Positions 17,168 to 26,688 of a stretch of 64,000 nt of DNA are shown piece after piece. The stretch lies in NCBI GenBank assembly GCA_947445035.1, contig CANFCK010000011.1, positions 81,567-145,566 of the forward strand, given 5' to 3'. A program made the translations under genes and the position numbers. Below the pieces are notes generated by a model. It saw nothing but the letters and a program-made list of their open reading frames with translations, ran no database searches and was not told the DNA's origin. The first letter of the stretch is position 1. Each line of letters opens with the position of its first letter. Origin of the DNA: Deltaproteobacteria bacterium (lineage in GTDB: Bacteria > Myxococcota_A > UBA796 > SXON01).

Positions 17168-19987
17168 TCACCGCCCCGAAAACACGTACACCGAGCCGGC
17201 GCCGTCGCTCGAGTTCGGGGCGCCGACCGCCACTTCGGCAAAACCATCCCCCTCGAGGTCCAAGCCACCGGCAAGCGCCTCGCCAATCCGTTCGGTAAGC
17301 GAACTGCCGGCGATGCTGGCGTCCGGCTCTGCGCCGTCTGGCGTCCAGTCGGCCACGCTCAGGGCTCGGTAGATTTCCACCATGCCCGCCCCGCCGGCCG
17401 CACCCGGCGCCCCCGCGAGTACGTCGCCTACGCCGTCGTGGTCCAGGTCCCCCGCCGCCGCCAAAATGGCGCCGAGTCGTGCATCGGGGCCGGTACCGAA
17501 GAATCGTGCGTCGGCATCGGCCGCAAAGAGCCCCACGTTGGGCTCGCTCCGCCCGAAGAAGATCGCGACGCTGCCGCTGTCGGTGGCCTGTCCTTCGCCG
17601 CGCGGCACCCCCACGAAGAGGTCGCCGAGGCCGTCTTCATCGAGGTCTCCGGGGCATGCGACCGCCGCGCCAAGCTGGTCGCCGGCGGCATCGCCGCTGA
17701 CTCGGAACCACGCGCTCTCGTCGAGCTCGCTGAAGGACTCGAGGGCCGCGCCGTTGAGCAGCCCGAAGGCACCCGCCGCCTCACGTCCGTCCGGTGACGC
17801 CCGACTGGCGCCCAAGGCCAGCTCCGGCGCGCCATCCCCATCGGCATCGGGGCAGACCGCGAGTCCCCAGCCGAGCTGGCCCCCTGCCGCACCGACCACG
17901 ATGGCGTCGCTGTCGGAGAGATCGAGGGTGCCGCTTGCCCGGCTGTAGTTGCCAGCGAAGATCGCCACCGCGCCGGCCTCGTCGCCACCCAGGCTGCTCG
18001 TCGGTCCCGACGCAATCAGCTCTGAAAGCCCATCGCCATCGAGGTCGCCGCCCGTCAGGCGAGCCCCGAACCCGTCGCCCTCTTCACCGATGAAGCTCCA
18101 CGCGGCGGCATCGCCAATCGCGAGGTCGCTGGGCAACCCGCTCCCGCCATAAACCACGTACACCTGGCCAGCGCCAGCACCACCGACGTCACTCTCCGCC
18201 GCCGCCAGCGCCAGGTCGTCCTCGCCGTCGCCGTCGAGATCGCCGAGCGCCGCCGCCGCGCCCGCCACACCGAAGCCGTCCCCCGGCGTCTCGCCGCGCC
18301 AGGAGCCAGACGCGTCATCCGTCGTGAGTGACTCCGCGCCACGAAGACTGGCGCTGGTGTAGAGGTAAACCACGCCTTCGTCCCCGTCCGGCGCCCCGAC
18401 GCCGAGGTCGACCGCACCGTCGCCGTCGAGGTCCCCGAGGCCGCTCAGGAGGCTCCCGAAGTGGGCGCCGTCGACGGTCCCGGACAGCAGCACCATCGCG
18501 TCCGCAGGGGCGTTCTCGCCGGAGATGGCGTCGCCCAGCGACACCGAGGCGATGCCCGCCGGACTGGTGTCCAAACCGTCCGAACAGGCGATGAGACAGC
18601 GTACGTTGGCTCCAGCGCGGAGCCCCTCGGTGGGGAACGTGTCGCCCTGGCCGACGGTGAGGCCCACCTCCCATCGGGTCTGGCAGGAGACGGCGTCCCC
18701 GTCGAGATCGTAGGCGGTATCGACCACCGTGCAGGTGAGCGTCTCGCCGGCGGTCGGCTCGCTGGGGCTGATGCGCACGCTCGGCGCCGTCGGAGGGGTA
18801 TTCGCGACCGTGATCGGGGCGCTCGGGGTGGACGTCGCCGCGCCGTGTCCGTCTTTTCCGGTCGCGACACAGCTTAGCATGTCACCGCGGACCACGGTGG
18901 CGGCGGGAAGGGTGGTGCCCTGGGCGACCTCCACCTCGCCGACGAACCAGGTGTAGGCGACCATGATGGTGTCGCCATCGATGTCACTGGCAGGGTCGAG
19001 CACACTGCAGGTGGCGACGGACCCCGCCCCGAGGCCCCCAGGGGTGATGGTCACTGCCGAGAGCGTCGGCGGGTGGTTGGGCAGCGTCCACACCGCAGAC
19101 TCAGCGAAGTCGTCGTATTCGCCGTCCGAGACGGTGACCCGGCAGGTCAGCTGGCTACCGCGCGGAGCGAGCGGGGCGGGGATGGTCGGGGTGCTGTCGT
19201 CGGTGCGCTCGCCGTCGAGCAGCCAGGCGTAGGTTGCGGTGAGGGTGTCGCCTTCGGGGTCGGTCGGGGCATCGTGGGCGCACCGGAGCGTGGTCGAGGT
19301 CGCGTCGGCCTCGATCGTGCTGACCCCGACGACCGGGGGAGCGTTGTGGATGGCGGCAAACGCCTTGCCGGGCTGCCCCTCGGCGCCCCCGGTGACGGCG
19401 ATGACCCACACTTCCCAGACGTCGCCAGCGTAGACCTGCTCGCCGGGCACGGTCGCCTCTACGATCTCGGTGACAGAACCGTTTTGGGACCACTGCAACC
19501 GGTAGTCGAAGGGGGAGCCGTCCTCGAACCAGGCGTCGGTGAGGATGACCGCGCTCAGCTCGTCGCCGGTGGCGGCGTCCGTCGGCTCGATGCCGACCAC
19601 CGCGGCAGTGACCGCCGTGGGATCCACGAGGACCTGGGCGTTGCGACGAACCGACTGGTGATCGCTGTCTTTGGTCTCGATCCACAGGTCGTGCGCACCC
19701 TCTGGCAGGGTGATCTGGAGTTGGAACTGTCCGAGTTTGTCGGGAAAGCCGCTCCCGACCAGCCCCGCGGTGCTGCTCATCACCCGCACTTCGAGGGTGG
19801 CCGGCTCGTCCTTGTCGTCGATGACCACCGCCTGGACCGTGACCGCTTCCGCGCTGACGAGTCGTAAGCCATCTTGCGGGCTGACCAGATATAGCTCGGG
19901 CGGGAGGCTGTCATGTGCGGTGTCCTCGTCCGCAAACCAGTTCGAGGCACACCCCGCCGACAGCAAAAACACCCAGCTTGCGCGCAT
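17168..19987 (-). CDS. Lipoprotein with four tandem ~90-aa Ig-like repeats and C-terminal FG-GAP repeats
   Basis: Start chosen at ATG 19987, giving the lipobox MRASWVFLLSAGC. Repeats have the form PPxxxxVxIxP...TC.V.D.D.DGD....Y.W. Then several GDLDGDGxxDLxxGAP FG-GAP units. The upstream part of the 1168-aa track ORF is Arg-rich junk. Confidence 0.75.
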   Translation of the reverse strand: MRASWVFLLSAGCASNWFADEDTAHDSLPPELYLVSPQDGLRLVSAEAVTVQAVVIDDKDEPATLEVRVMSSTAGLVGSGFPDKLGQFQLQITLPEGAHDLWIETKDSDHQSVRRNAQVLVDPTAVTAAVVGIEPTDAATGDELSAVILTDAWFEDGSPFDYRLQWSQNGSVTEIVEATVPGEQVYAGDVWEVWVIAVTGGAEGQPGKAFAAIHNAPPVVGVSTIEADATSTTLRCAHDAPTDPEGDTLTATYAWLLDGERTDDSTPTIPAPLAPRGSQLTCRVTVSDGEYDDFAESAVWTLPNHPPTLSAVTITPGGLGAGSVATCSVLDPASDIDGDTIMVAYTWFVGEVEVAQGTTLPAATVVRGDMLSCVATGKDGHGAATSTPSAPITVANTPPTAPSVRISPSEPTAGETLTCTVVDTAYDLDGDAVSCQTRWEVGLTVGQGDTFPTEGLRAGANVRCLIACSDGLDTSPAGIASVSLGDAISGENAPADAMVLLSGTVDGAHFGSLLSGLGDLDGDGAVDLGVGAPDGDEGVVYLYTSASLRGAESLTTDDASGSWRGETPGDGFGVAGAAAALGDLDGDGEDDLALAAAESDVGGAGAGQVYVVYGGSGLPSDLAIGDAAAWSFIGEEGDGFGARLTGGDLDGDGLSELIASGPTSSLGGDEAGAVAIFAGNYSRASGTLDLSDSDAIVVGAAGGQLGWGLAVCPDADGDGAPELALGASRASPDGREAAGAFGLLNGAALESFSELDESAWFRVSGDAAGDQLGAAVACPGDLDEDGLGDLFVGVPRGEGQATDSGSVAIFFGRSEPNVGLFAADADARFFGTGPDARLGAILAAAGDLDHDGVGDVLAGAPGAAGGAGMVEIYRALSVADWTPDGAEPDASIAGSSLTERIGEALAGGLDLEGDGFAEVAVGAPNSSDGAGSVYVFSGR

Positions 19988-20170
19988 GCGGACCTCGACG
20001 CCCGCCCATCGGCAGGCGGGAGCGGGAATGTAGGTGAGTTGGGGCGGGGGCTGCTGTGAGGGGGGGGTGCCGCCGCGTTGCCGTAGCTGTCTTTGAACCA
20101 CGCCCGCACCGTCTGGGTGCCGGCGGTCGTCGAGCGTGACACCGTGCCCGTCGATGCGTAGGCGACCTAC

Positions 20171-21289
20171 GTGGAGCAGGTCGTGCTCACGGACAAACAC
20201 ATCGTGACTACGGCCGTGTCGTCGGTCGCTGAAATGGCCACGGTGACGGGCTTCACGCGGCTCCAAACGTTGGCGCTGTTGCCGGTGCCCGACCACCCGA
20301 GGGTGCCGCTGGCGCACCAGCTCGCGGGTGACGACGTGCCCACCATTCGCCTCGACGTGAGGCCGCTGGGTGGTGATAAACGTGCTGCGATGCTCACCTG
20401 GACGCCGGCCGGCGCCGTACAACACCCCCGCGCACTGCAGATTCGCCTCCAGCGCAGCTACCCGGGCCGCGTGCGTGCGGGTGCGCCCGTGCCGACGCGG
20501 TCGATGCCCACCGTCGAAGTGCGCGCCAATCTCGAGTGGTTCACCGCGGCGAGCACCCGCGGCCGCCCCGTGGACAGCGTCGTCCTCAGCGGGGTGGGCG
20601 CCGCCTCGCGCCCCGACCTCTCCGAGCTGGCCGCCTACGCCCGGGAGCGGGGAATCAGGCGCATCACCCTGCACGCGGGCGTGGAGGACCTCGATGGGCT
20701 CTCCGCGGACCGCATCGCCGTCGACACGCTGGTTTTGCCGCTGCAGGTGGGCGAGTCCGGCGCGAATCTGGCGGCTGCGGCGCGTGTCCTCGGCGCTGCC
20801 CGCGCGGCGGGGCTCACGACGGTGGCCACCACGCAGCTGGTCAGCTCAGCGCTCGCCAGCCTGGGGGGCGCCGTGCAGGTTGCACTCGCGACAGGCGTCG
20901 GCTCGATGACGCTGAGCTACCCCTTTCCGATCGACGGGGCCGCGTCGGGTGACGCGCCACCGCCCGCGCGCGTGCTCTCGGTCCTTCGCGACGTTGTCCC
21001 GCGCTTGCAGGAAGGGGGCGTCTGCGTCGCCATCCGCGGGCTGCCCGCCTGCCTGCTCGGGGAGTTCGCCGCGCTCGGCGGAAAGACTGGCAACCGTTGG
21101 TACGTGGACGCCGACCACCAGTTGGGGAAGGCGCTCTTGTTCTTTCCGGACGTGGTCGCGTTCCACAAGGGCGACGAGTGCCGCTTTTGTAGTTTGAACG
21201 AACGTTGTGACGGCTGGTTCGCGACGTACTTGCGGCGGCCCGCGTTCGGTCGGCTCCGTGCGGTCGAGGCCGCTCTGCCTCCGTCGTGA
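20171..21289 (+). CDS. Radical-SAM-fold-like protein lacking the CX3CX2C triad, with partial SPASM-like CX2CX5C tail
   Basis: High GC3 from GTG 20171. VDSVVLSGVGAASRPDLSELAAYARERGIRRITLHAG resembles the rSAM GGEP/TIM-barrel core. The expected cluster loop reads ALQIRLQRSYPGRVRAG with no Cys. C-terminus is ECRFCSLNERCDGW. Confidence 0.5.
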   Translation: MEQVVLTDKHIVTTAVSSVAEMATVTGFTRLQTLALLPVPDHPRVPLAHQLAGDDVPTIRLDVRPLGGDKRAAMLTWTPAGAVQHPRALQIRLQRSYPGRVRAGAPVPTRSMPTVEVRANLEWFTAASTRGRPVDSVVLSGVGAASRPDLSELAAYARERGIRRITLHAGVEDLDGLSADRIAVDTLVLPLQVGESGANLAAAARVLGAARAAGLTTVATTQLVSSALASLGGAVQVALATGVGSMTLSYPFPIDGAASGDAPPPARVLSVLRDVVPRLQEGGVCVAIRGLPACLLGEFAALGGKTGNRWYVDADHQLGKALLFFPDVVAFHKGDECRFCSLNERCDGWFATYLRRPAFGRLRAVEAALPPS

Positions 21290-22176
21290 GCAAGGAGGGG
21301 CCGATCCTCTTCGTCCGCGGGGGCGCGCTCGGCGACTTCGTGCTTACCATGCCGGTCCTGGCCTCGTGCTTCGCGACCGGGAGGCCCGTGCATGTGGCGT
21401 GCGCGTCGCGACATCTGCCGCTGGTGCGGGCGTGCGGGACCCCTGAGCGCTTCTGGGACATCGACGGCGCCGAGTCGTTGTGGATGTTCGGGGGTGCGGA
21501 CCCGGTGGGGTTCGCCGACGCGGTGGTGTTTGCCGAGGGCCGCGCGGGGTTGCCCGTCGCCCGCTGCCATTGGGTGAACGCGCGCCCGCCGGCCGGCGTT
21601 CCGGCGTGGGCGCACTTCGCGTCGGTTTTGCCTGGGTACTTTCCCGCGGTGGACCCTCGGCTGGTCCTTGGCGCCCAGCGGCTTCGCCCCGATCGACCCA
21701 TCGTACTGGCGCCGGGTGCCAGCGATGCCCGGCGCAGCTGGGCGCTCTCCCGTTGGCTGGCGCTACGCGATCGACTCGCCGAGACCCACCCGGTCGTTTT
21801 GGTCGGGGGTCCGCTGGAGACCTGGGCGGACTATCGGCCCGGGCTCGAAGAGCTGTGCGGGCTGGCTGCTTCGGCAGGGGCCTGGCTCGGTCCTGACAGT
21901 GGCCCCAGCCACCTTGCGTCGCGATTCGGCGCCCCCACGTTGGTTGTGTTTCCCACGGATGACCACACGTGGGCGCCGGCGGGGGCGACCGTTTTGGCGT
22001 GGGGGGTAGAGGAGGGGGAGGTGGTCGAGATCCTGCGGGCGGAGGCCCCGCTCACGCAGGGCGCCGCCGGGGCGCGGGGTTCGAGGCCCGGGGCCTTGCG
22101 GCAACACGCCGTCACCGGACCCTGCACTCACCCGCCTCACTCCTCCTCTACGACCTCAAACCTGCCAAAGTCGTAG
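21286..22176 (+). CDS. Glycosyltransferase family 9 (heptosyltransferase-like)
   Basis: ILFVRGGALGDFVLTMPVL N-terminus and GPDSGPSHLASRFGAPTLVVF C-terminal motif. The GTG start overlaps the upstream TGA (GTGA). Confidence 0.7.
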   Translation: MSKEGPILFVRGGALGDFVLTMPVLASCFATGRPVHVACASRHLPLVRACGTPERFWDIDGAESLWMFGGADPVGFADAVVFAEGRAGLPVARCHWVNARPPAGVPAWAHFASVLPGYFPAVDPRLVLGAQRLRPDRPIVLAPGASDARRSWALSRWLALRDRLAETHPVVLVGGPLETWADYRPGLEELCGLAASAGAWLGPDSGPSHLASRFGAPTLVVFPTDDHTWAPAGATVLAWGVEEGEVVEILRAEAPLTQGAAGARGSRPGALRQHAVTGPCTHPPHSSSTTSNLPKS

Positions 22177-22534
22177 GGCTTCCCCGCGGCGCCCTCCGCC
22201 TGCACCAGGCGCTCCCGTTTTCCACCGCGACGCAGGGTGGCGGCGCGGTGGTAGCAGAAGGGTTGGTTGCCGCGCCGGGCCCTGTCCGTCGTGCGGCGGC
22301 ACCTCCACCCGCACGCGCTCTGTCGTCGCCGTCATGCTTGGCCTGGCCCGGCCGGGTGCCCCCGAAACCCCCCGGGACCGCGTGGACAGCGATTGTGACG
22401 GCGGCGACGACACCACCGAAGGCGACACCGGCGACACCAGCGCGTAGGTGGGCGAGGCTCTGACGCTGGCCGCTTTTGGTAGAGAGTGGCGGGACCGCAT
22501 CGCGGCGGGCCTTCCGCCGTCATAGCCGCGCCCC

Positions 22535-23692
22535 GTGATCCCTCCCGGTTCCACCATCGGCATTCTCGGCGGCGGCCAACTCGGCCGGATGCTCGCGGTG
22601 CCCATCCGCCAGATGGGGTACGGCGTTGCGGTCTTGGCGCCGCTCGGGGACGCGCCGGCGCTGGGTCTGGCGGACCATGCCATCCGCGCGTCGTTCGATG
22701 ATCTCGACGCGGCGCGGCGCCTTGCGGAGTTCTCGGACGTCGTCACCTACGAGTTCGAAAACGTCCCTGCGGCCACTGCCCGCGCCGTGGCCGAGCGTCG
22801 GCCGCTCCATCCCAGCGCGCGCCTCCTGGAGCTCACGCAGGATCGCAACCGCGAACATGACTTCCTCGCGGGGCTGGGCATCGCCACCGCGCCGGGTCGC
22901 GAGGTGCACACGGTCGGGGAGTTCGACGCCGCGCTCGTGGCGCTGGGAATGCCCGCACGGCTGAAGTCGGCGCTTGGGGGCTACGACGGGGGCGGCCAGC
23001 TCCGGGTGCACGATGCGGCCTCGGCCAGCGCGGCGCGGGCAAGAATCCCAACCGTCGAAGGCGGTTGGCGCCTGGAAGCGGAGGTGCCCTTCGAGCGCGA
23101 GCTGAGCGTCATCGTGGCCCGCTCAGGACAGGAGCTGCGCGCCTATGCCCCGTTCGAGAACCAGCACCAGGAGGGCATCCTGCACCTGACGCGCTGGCCG
23201 GCGCGCGGCAGCCCGCGCTCGCTGACCCGCGCGCTGGAAATCGCCGAGGCGGTCGCTGTCGCCGGGGATCTGTGCGGCGTCATGTGTGTAGAGATGTTCG
23301 TCGGCGGCGACGAGGTCTCCGTCAATGAGCTGGCGCCGCGCGTACACAACAGCGGCCACCTCACCATCGAGGGCGCCGCCGTCTCCCAGTTCGAGCAACA
23401 CGTCCGCGCGATCTGCGGGCTCCCGCTGGGCTCGCCGGAATGTCGTGTAGGTGGGGTCGCGATGGCAAATGTGCTTGGCAACGTCGACCGGCGGCATGTC
23501 CGCCTGGGCGGCGCCGCGGCGCTCTTGGCCGAGCCGGGCGTGCACCTGCACCTGTACGGCAAAGATCGTGAGCGGCCGCGTCGCAAGATGGGGCATGTCA
23601 CCGCCCTTGGCGTGGACGCCGATGACGCCGCGGCCCGGGCCCTCCGCGCCGCTGCCAACCTTAGTTTCATGGGAGCCGATCGTGCGGAGTGA
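22535..23692 (+). CDS. purK: N5-carboxyaminoimidazole ribonucleotide synthase
   Basis: TIGILGGGQLGRMLA start, ATP-grasp body, ELAPRVHNSGH motif. Confidence 0.9.
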   Translation: MIPPGSTIGILGGGQLGRMLAVPIRQMGYGVAVLAPLGDAPALGLADHAIRASFDDLDAARRLAEFSDVVTYEFENVPAATARAVAERRPLHPSARLLELTQDRNREHDFLAGLGIATAPGREVHTVGEFDAALVALGMPARLKSALGGYDGGGQLRVHDAASASAARARIPTVEGGWRLEAEVPFERELSVIVARSGQELRAYAPFENQHQEGILHLTRWPARGSPRSLTRALEIAEAVAVAGDLCGVMCVEMFVGGDEVSVNELAPRVHNSGHLTIEGAAVSQFEQHVRAICGLPLGSPECRVGGVAMANVLGNVDRRHVRLGGAAALLAEPGVHLHLYGKDRERPRRKMGHVTALGVDADDAAARALRAAANLSFMGADRAE

Positions 23693-24722
23693 TCATGCGT
23701 TGGCAACCTGCCAGGTGGGAATGGAGCGGGCGCTCAAGGCCGAGATGTCGAAGCTGCGACCGGACCTGCACCCGGGCTTCTCGCGGCCGGGGCTCTTGAC
23801 CTTCAAGGCCACGGCTCGGCAGTTCGGCCCCGAAGAAGCGCCGACTGCCATCTTTGCGCGGATCTGGGCGGCGTCGGCCGGTCCTTGTCTCACCGCGGAC
23901 GCGGTCCTTGCCACTGCGCGTGACGTAGGCGCCACCCGCCTGTTCGTGTCGTCGCGGGAGCTTTTCCGCCCCGATCGTACGCCGCCCGCCGCCGAGGCCG
24001 CCGCCGCCGTCGAGGTGGAACGGTGGCGCGCCGAGCTCGCTCCCGCCTTCACCGCCGGGCCACCCGCCCTCGGCGACACCGTGCTCGACGTGCTCACGGC
24101 GCCGGGCGAGCCCCCTGTCGTCGGCTGGCACATCCACGCCCAGTGGCGCCACGAGGGCCCCGGCGGCGCCTTCGACGTCGAGACTCCGGACGACGTGCCC
24201 TCGCGCGATTGGCGCAAGGTGGTCGAGGGGCTGCGCTGGTCCGGCGCGCGCCTGACACGCGGGGATCTGGTCTTGGAGCTGGGCGCTGCCCCTGGCGGCG
24301 GCACGCGCGCCCTGGTGGAGGCCGGCTGTCGCGTGCTGTCAGTCGATGCGCAGCCGATGGACCCCGCGGTGCTCCGACTTCCGGGCGTCAGTCATCAGGC
24401 CAAGCGCATCGGCGACATCAGGCCCTCGGGGCTGCCGAAGGACATCCGCTGGGTGGCCAGCAACGCCGGCATCCCGCCCGAGGATCTGCTCCACGCCATT
24501 GAGCGGTTGCGCCCGTCGCTGCCGGCGCTGCGGGGGTTCTTGCTGACGCTCAAGCTTCACGACGACGGGGTGATCCGCCACCTGCCGGCGACGCTCAACC
24601 ACCTCCGCAAGCTCGGCGCGATTGTGGTCCGCGCCCGTCAGGTGCCGGCGAACCGTCGCGATATCTTCGTGTATGCCGAGGTGGGGCGCATGCCGGGTGA
24701 ACGGGTCGTAGCGGCGCGCTGA
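23682..24722 (+). CDS. SAM-dependent RNA methyltransferase, RlmM/FtsJ-like
   Basis: N-terminal THUMP-like CQVGMERALKAEM..GLLTFK. FtsJ-type SAM loop LELGAAPGGGTRALVEAG. Start is GTG 23682 (overlaps the purK end) or ATG 23721. Confidence 0.65.
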   Translation: MRSDHALATCQVGMERALKAEMSKLRPDLHPGFSRPGLLTFKATARQFGPEEAPTAIFARIWAASAGPCLTADAVLATARDVGATRLFVSSRELFRPDRTPPAAEAAAAVEVERWRAELAPAFTAGPPALGDTVLDVLTAPGEPPVVGWHIHAQWRHEGPGGAFDVETPDDVPSRDWRKVVEGLRWSGARLTRGDLVLELGAAPGGGTRALVEAGCRVLSVDAQPMDPAVLRLPGVSHQAKRIGDIRPSGLPKDIRWVASNAGIPPEDLLHAIERLRPSLPALRGFLLTLKLHDDGVIRHLPATLNHLRKLGAIVVRARQVPANRRDIFVYAEVGRMPGERVVAAR

Positions 24723-26569
24723 TGGCAGGGCTCGTCTTTTTCCTCGCCGCCTGCATCGGGCCGACCGAGGGTGCGGGCGACGACGCTGACACCGCCGATT
24801 CGGGCGAAATCGACCCGTATGTTGGGGCCGATCTGATCCTCTGGAACGCCACCGCGATCGACGTCGATGGGCGCCGCGAGCACGTCGCCATCGTGATCGT
24901 AGGCGGTAGCGTCCGTGAGGTGGTGGACGTCGCCGATGGGCAGAACCCGCCGGCCGCCGCCATCGACGCCACAGGGCGTTTCGTGGTCCCCGGGCTGGTC
25001 GATGCCCACGTGCACCTTGCCCACGGCGCCAGTACGGCGCTGGTCGGGGACACGCTCGCGGCCAACCTTCGCGCGCAACTGGCGCACGGCGTGACGCAGG
25101 TGGCGGACCTCGGTGGACCGCTTTCGCTCATCGACCTGCGCGACCGACTCTCGACGCAGGGCGCGCCGACGCCCCACCTTTTGGTGAGCGGGCCCTTCCT
25201 CACCACGGCCGGCTCGCACCCGTGCGAGTCGAGGCCGGACCCCGACCTCTGTGTCTTCGTCGTCACCGAAGCCGAAGGGCTCGCCGCCGCCACGACGCTG
25301 GCCGCGGGTGGCGCCGACCTGGTGAAGGTCGCGCTTGCCGATGGCGGGTTCTCCGAGTGGGGGCCGACGCCCCGCATGGACCTCGGCGCGCTCGATGGCA
25401 TCGCGGCCGCGGGGCTGCCCGTGTACGGCCACGTCGACACCTCGGCCGACCTGGTCGACGCCCTGGCGCACGGGGTCAGCATCGCCGCGCACACGCCGTT
25501 CGACGGGCCGCTCACCGCCGAGGCGATCACCGCCGCGCAAGGGGCCACGGCCGTCCTCACCACGATCTCCGCCTTTGCCAACGTCGGGCGCCTCGTCGAC
25601 GGGGACCTGGATCCTGCGGACCCCGCCCTGTTTTTGACGGATGCGCAGCGCGCTGCCTGGCGCGCTGTCGCCGATGATCCGGAAGCGCAGCTTCTCGCGG
25701 GGTGGCTGGACGCCAACGCGGCGTGGACGGCGGCGGCGCGGGCCAATGTCGCGACGCTCCTTGAGGCGGGTGCGCCGGTGCTCCCCGCCAGTGACGCCGG
25801 CTACTTCTTCGTTCCGCATGGCCAGGGCCTGCATGATGAGTTGGCGGAGCTGGTGGCGATGGGGCTGACCCCGCGCGAGGTGCTGGTCCTGGCCACGTGG
25901 GAGGCGCGGCGGGCGCTCGGCGTCGACGGTGGCCGCATCGCCGCGGGTGAGCCGGCCGACCTTCTGCTGGTTGCGAACGATCCCGATGACGATGTCGCTG
26001 CCCTCCGCGACCTCGATGCCGTCTTGCTCGCGGGGACACCGTGGGCGGTCGCTGAGCTCCTCGCGGCTGACCTGCTGACCGATGGCGATTCCAACGAGGG
26101 CGACGCCTGTGTCGAGCACGCGGACTGCGCCTCCGGCGCGTGCGACGGGCTCGCCCACGCCTGCGCCGGTTCGTGTCCGACCGCCTACGGAGTCGACGAT
26201 CGGACCTGCGGCGGCGAGGCCTGGTGCATGCCCGCCGACGGGTATGGCGCCGACGCGGCGTCCGTCTGCCGGGGGGAGGGGACCTGTGACCTCTACGCCC
26301 AGGACTGCGGCCCCGACGCCTACGAACGCGCCTGCCTGCCGTACGACATGGACACCAACGCCTGTTGGGACGCCGGGCCTCGCCGGGCCGGCCAAACGTG
26401 CAACACCGCCTACGCGTCTACCTCCTGTGAGGCCGGTGGTATCTGCTCGACCGTCGACTCCCGTTGTTACCAGTTGTGCGATCCGCTCGCGACGGACACC
26501 TGCGCGCTGGGGCGGTGTCACCGCTACGACACTACGGCGGGGGACGTGTGGTTCGGGCTGTGTTTCTGA
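24722..26569 (+). CDS. Lipoprotein amidohydrolase with C-terminal ~150-aa Cys-rich domain
   Basis: Lipobox LVFFLAAC, DT/D-rich linker, metal motif GLVDAHVHLAH. The tail holds more than 20 Cys (CVEHADCASGACDG...CYQLCDP...GLCF). Confidence 0.75.
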   Translation: MAGLVFFLAACIGPTEGAGDDADTADSGEIDPYVGADLILWNATAIDVDGRREHVAIVIVGGSVREVVDVADGQNPPAAAIDATGRFVVPGLVDAHVHLAHGASTALVGDTLAANLRAQLAHGVTQVADLGGPLSLIDLRDRLSTQGAPTPHLLVSGPFLTTAGSHPCESRPDPDLCVFVVTEAEGLAAATTLAAGGADLVKVALADGGFSEWGPTPRMDLGALDGIAAAGLPVYGHVDTSADLVDALAHGVSIAAHTPFDGPLTAEAITAAQGATAVLTTISAFANVGRLVDGDLDPADPALFLTDAQRAAWRAVADDPEAQLLAGWLDANAAWTAAARANVATLLEAGAPVLPASDAGYFFVPHGQGLHDELAELVAMGLTPREVLVLATWEARRALGVDGGRIAAGEPADLLLVANDPDDDVAALRDLDAVLLAGTPWAVAELLAADLLTDGDSNEGDACVEHADCASGACDGLAHACAGSCPTAYGVDDRTCGGEAWCMPADGYGADAASVCRGEGTCDLYAQDCGPDAYERACLPYDMDTNACWDAGPRRAGQTCNTAYASTSCEAGGICSTVDSRCYQLCDPLATDTCALGRCHRYDTTAGDVWFGLCF

Positions 26570-26688
26570 GCGGCAGCGCGGCAGGGGGAAAGCGGCGAGG
26601 TGCCGGCTCTCGGGCGCTGCGCCCGTAGCGAGCACCCGGCGCCCATCGGGCGGCCGCAACTCGGCCGGGATACCACACCCGTTCCCAG

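Noticed and set aside
22156-22746. 196-aa minus-strand ORF across the GT9-purK spacer
   Set aside because: Ser/Arg/Pro-rich with no motif. It overlaps the purK start.
24638-26659. 673-aa minus-strand ORF opposite the amidohydrolase gene
   Set aside because: Arg/Gly/Pro-rich with no recognisable domain. The plus-strand frame has a lipobox, a metal motif and normal composition.
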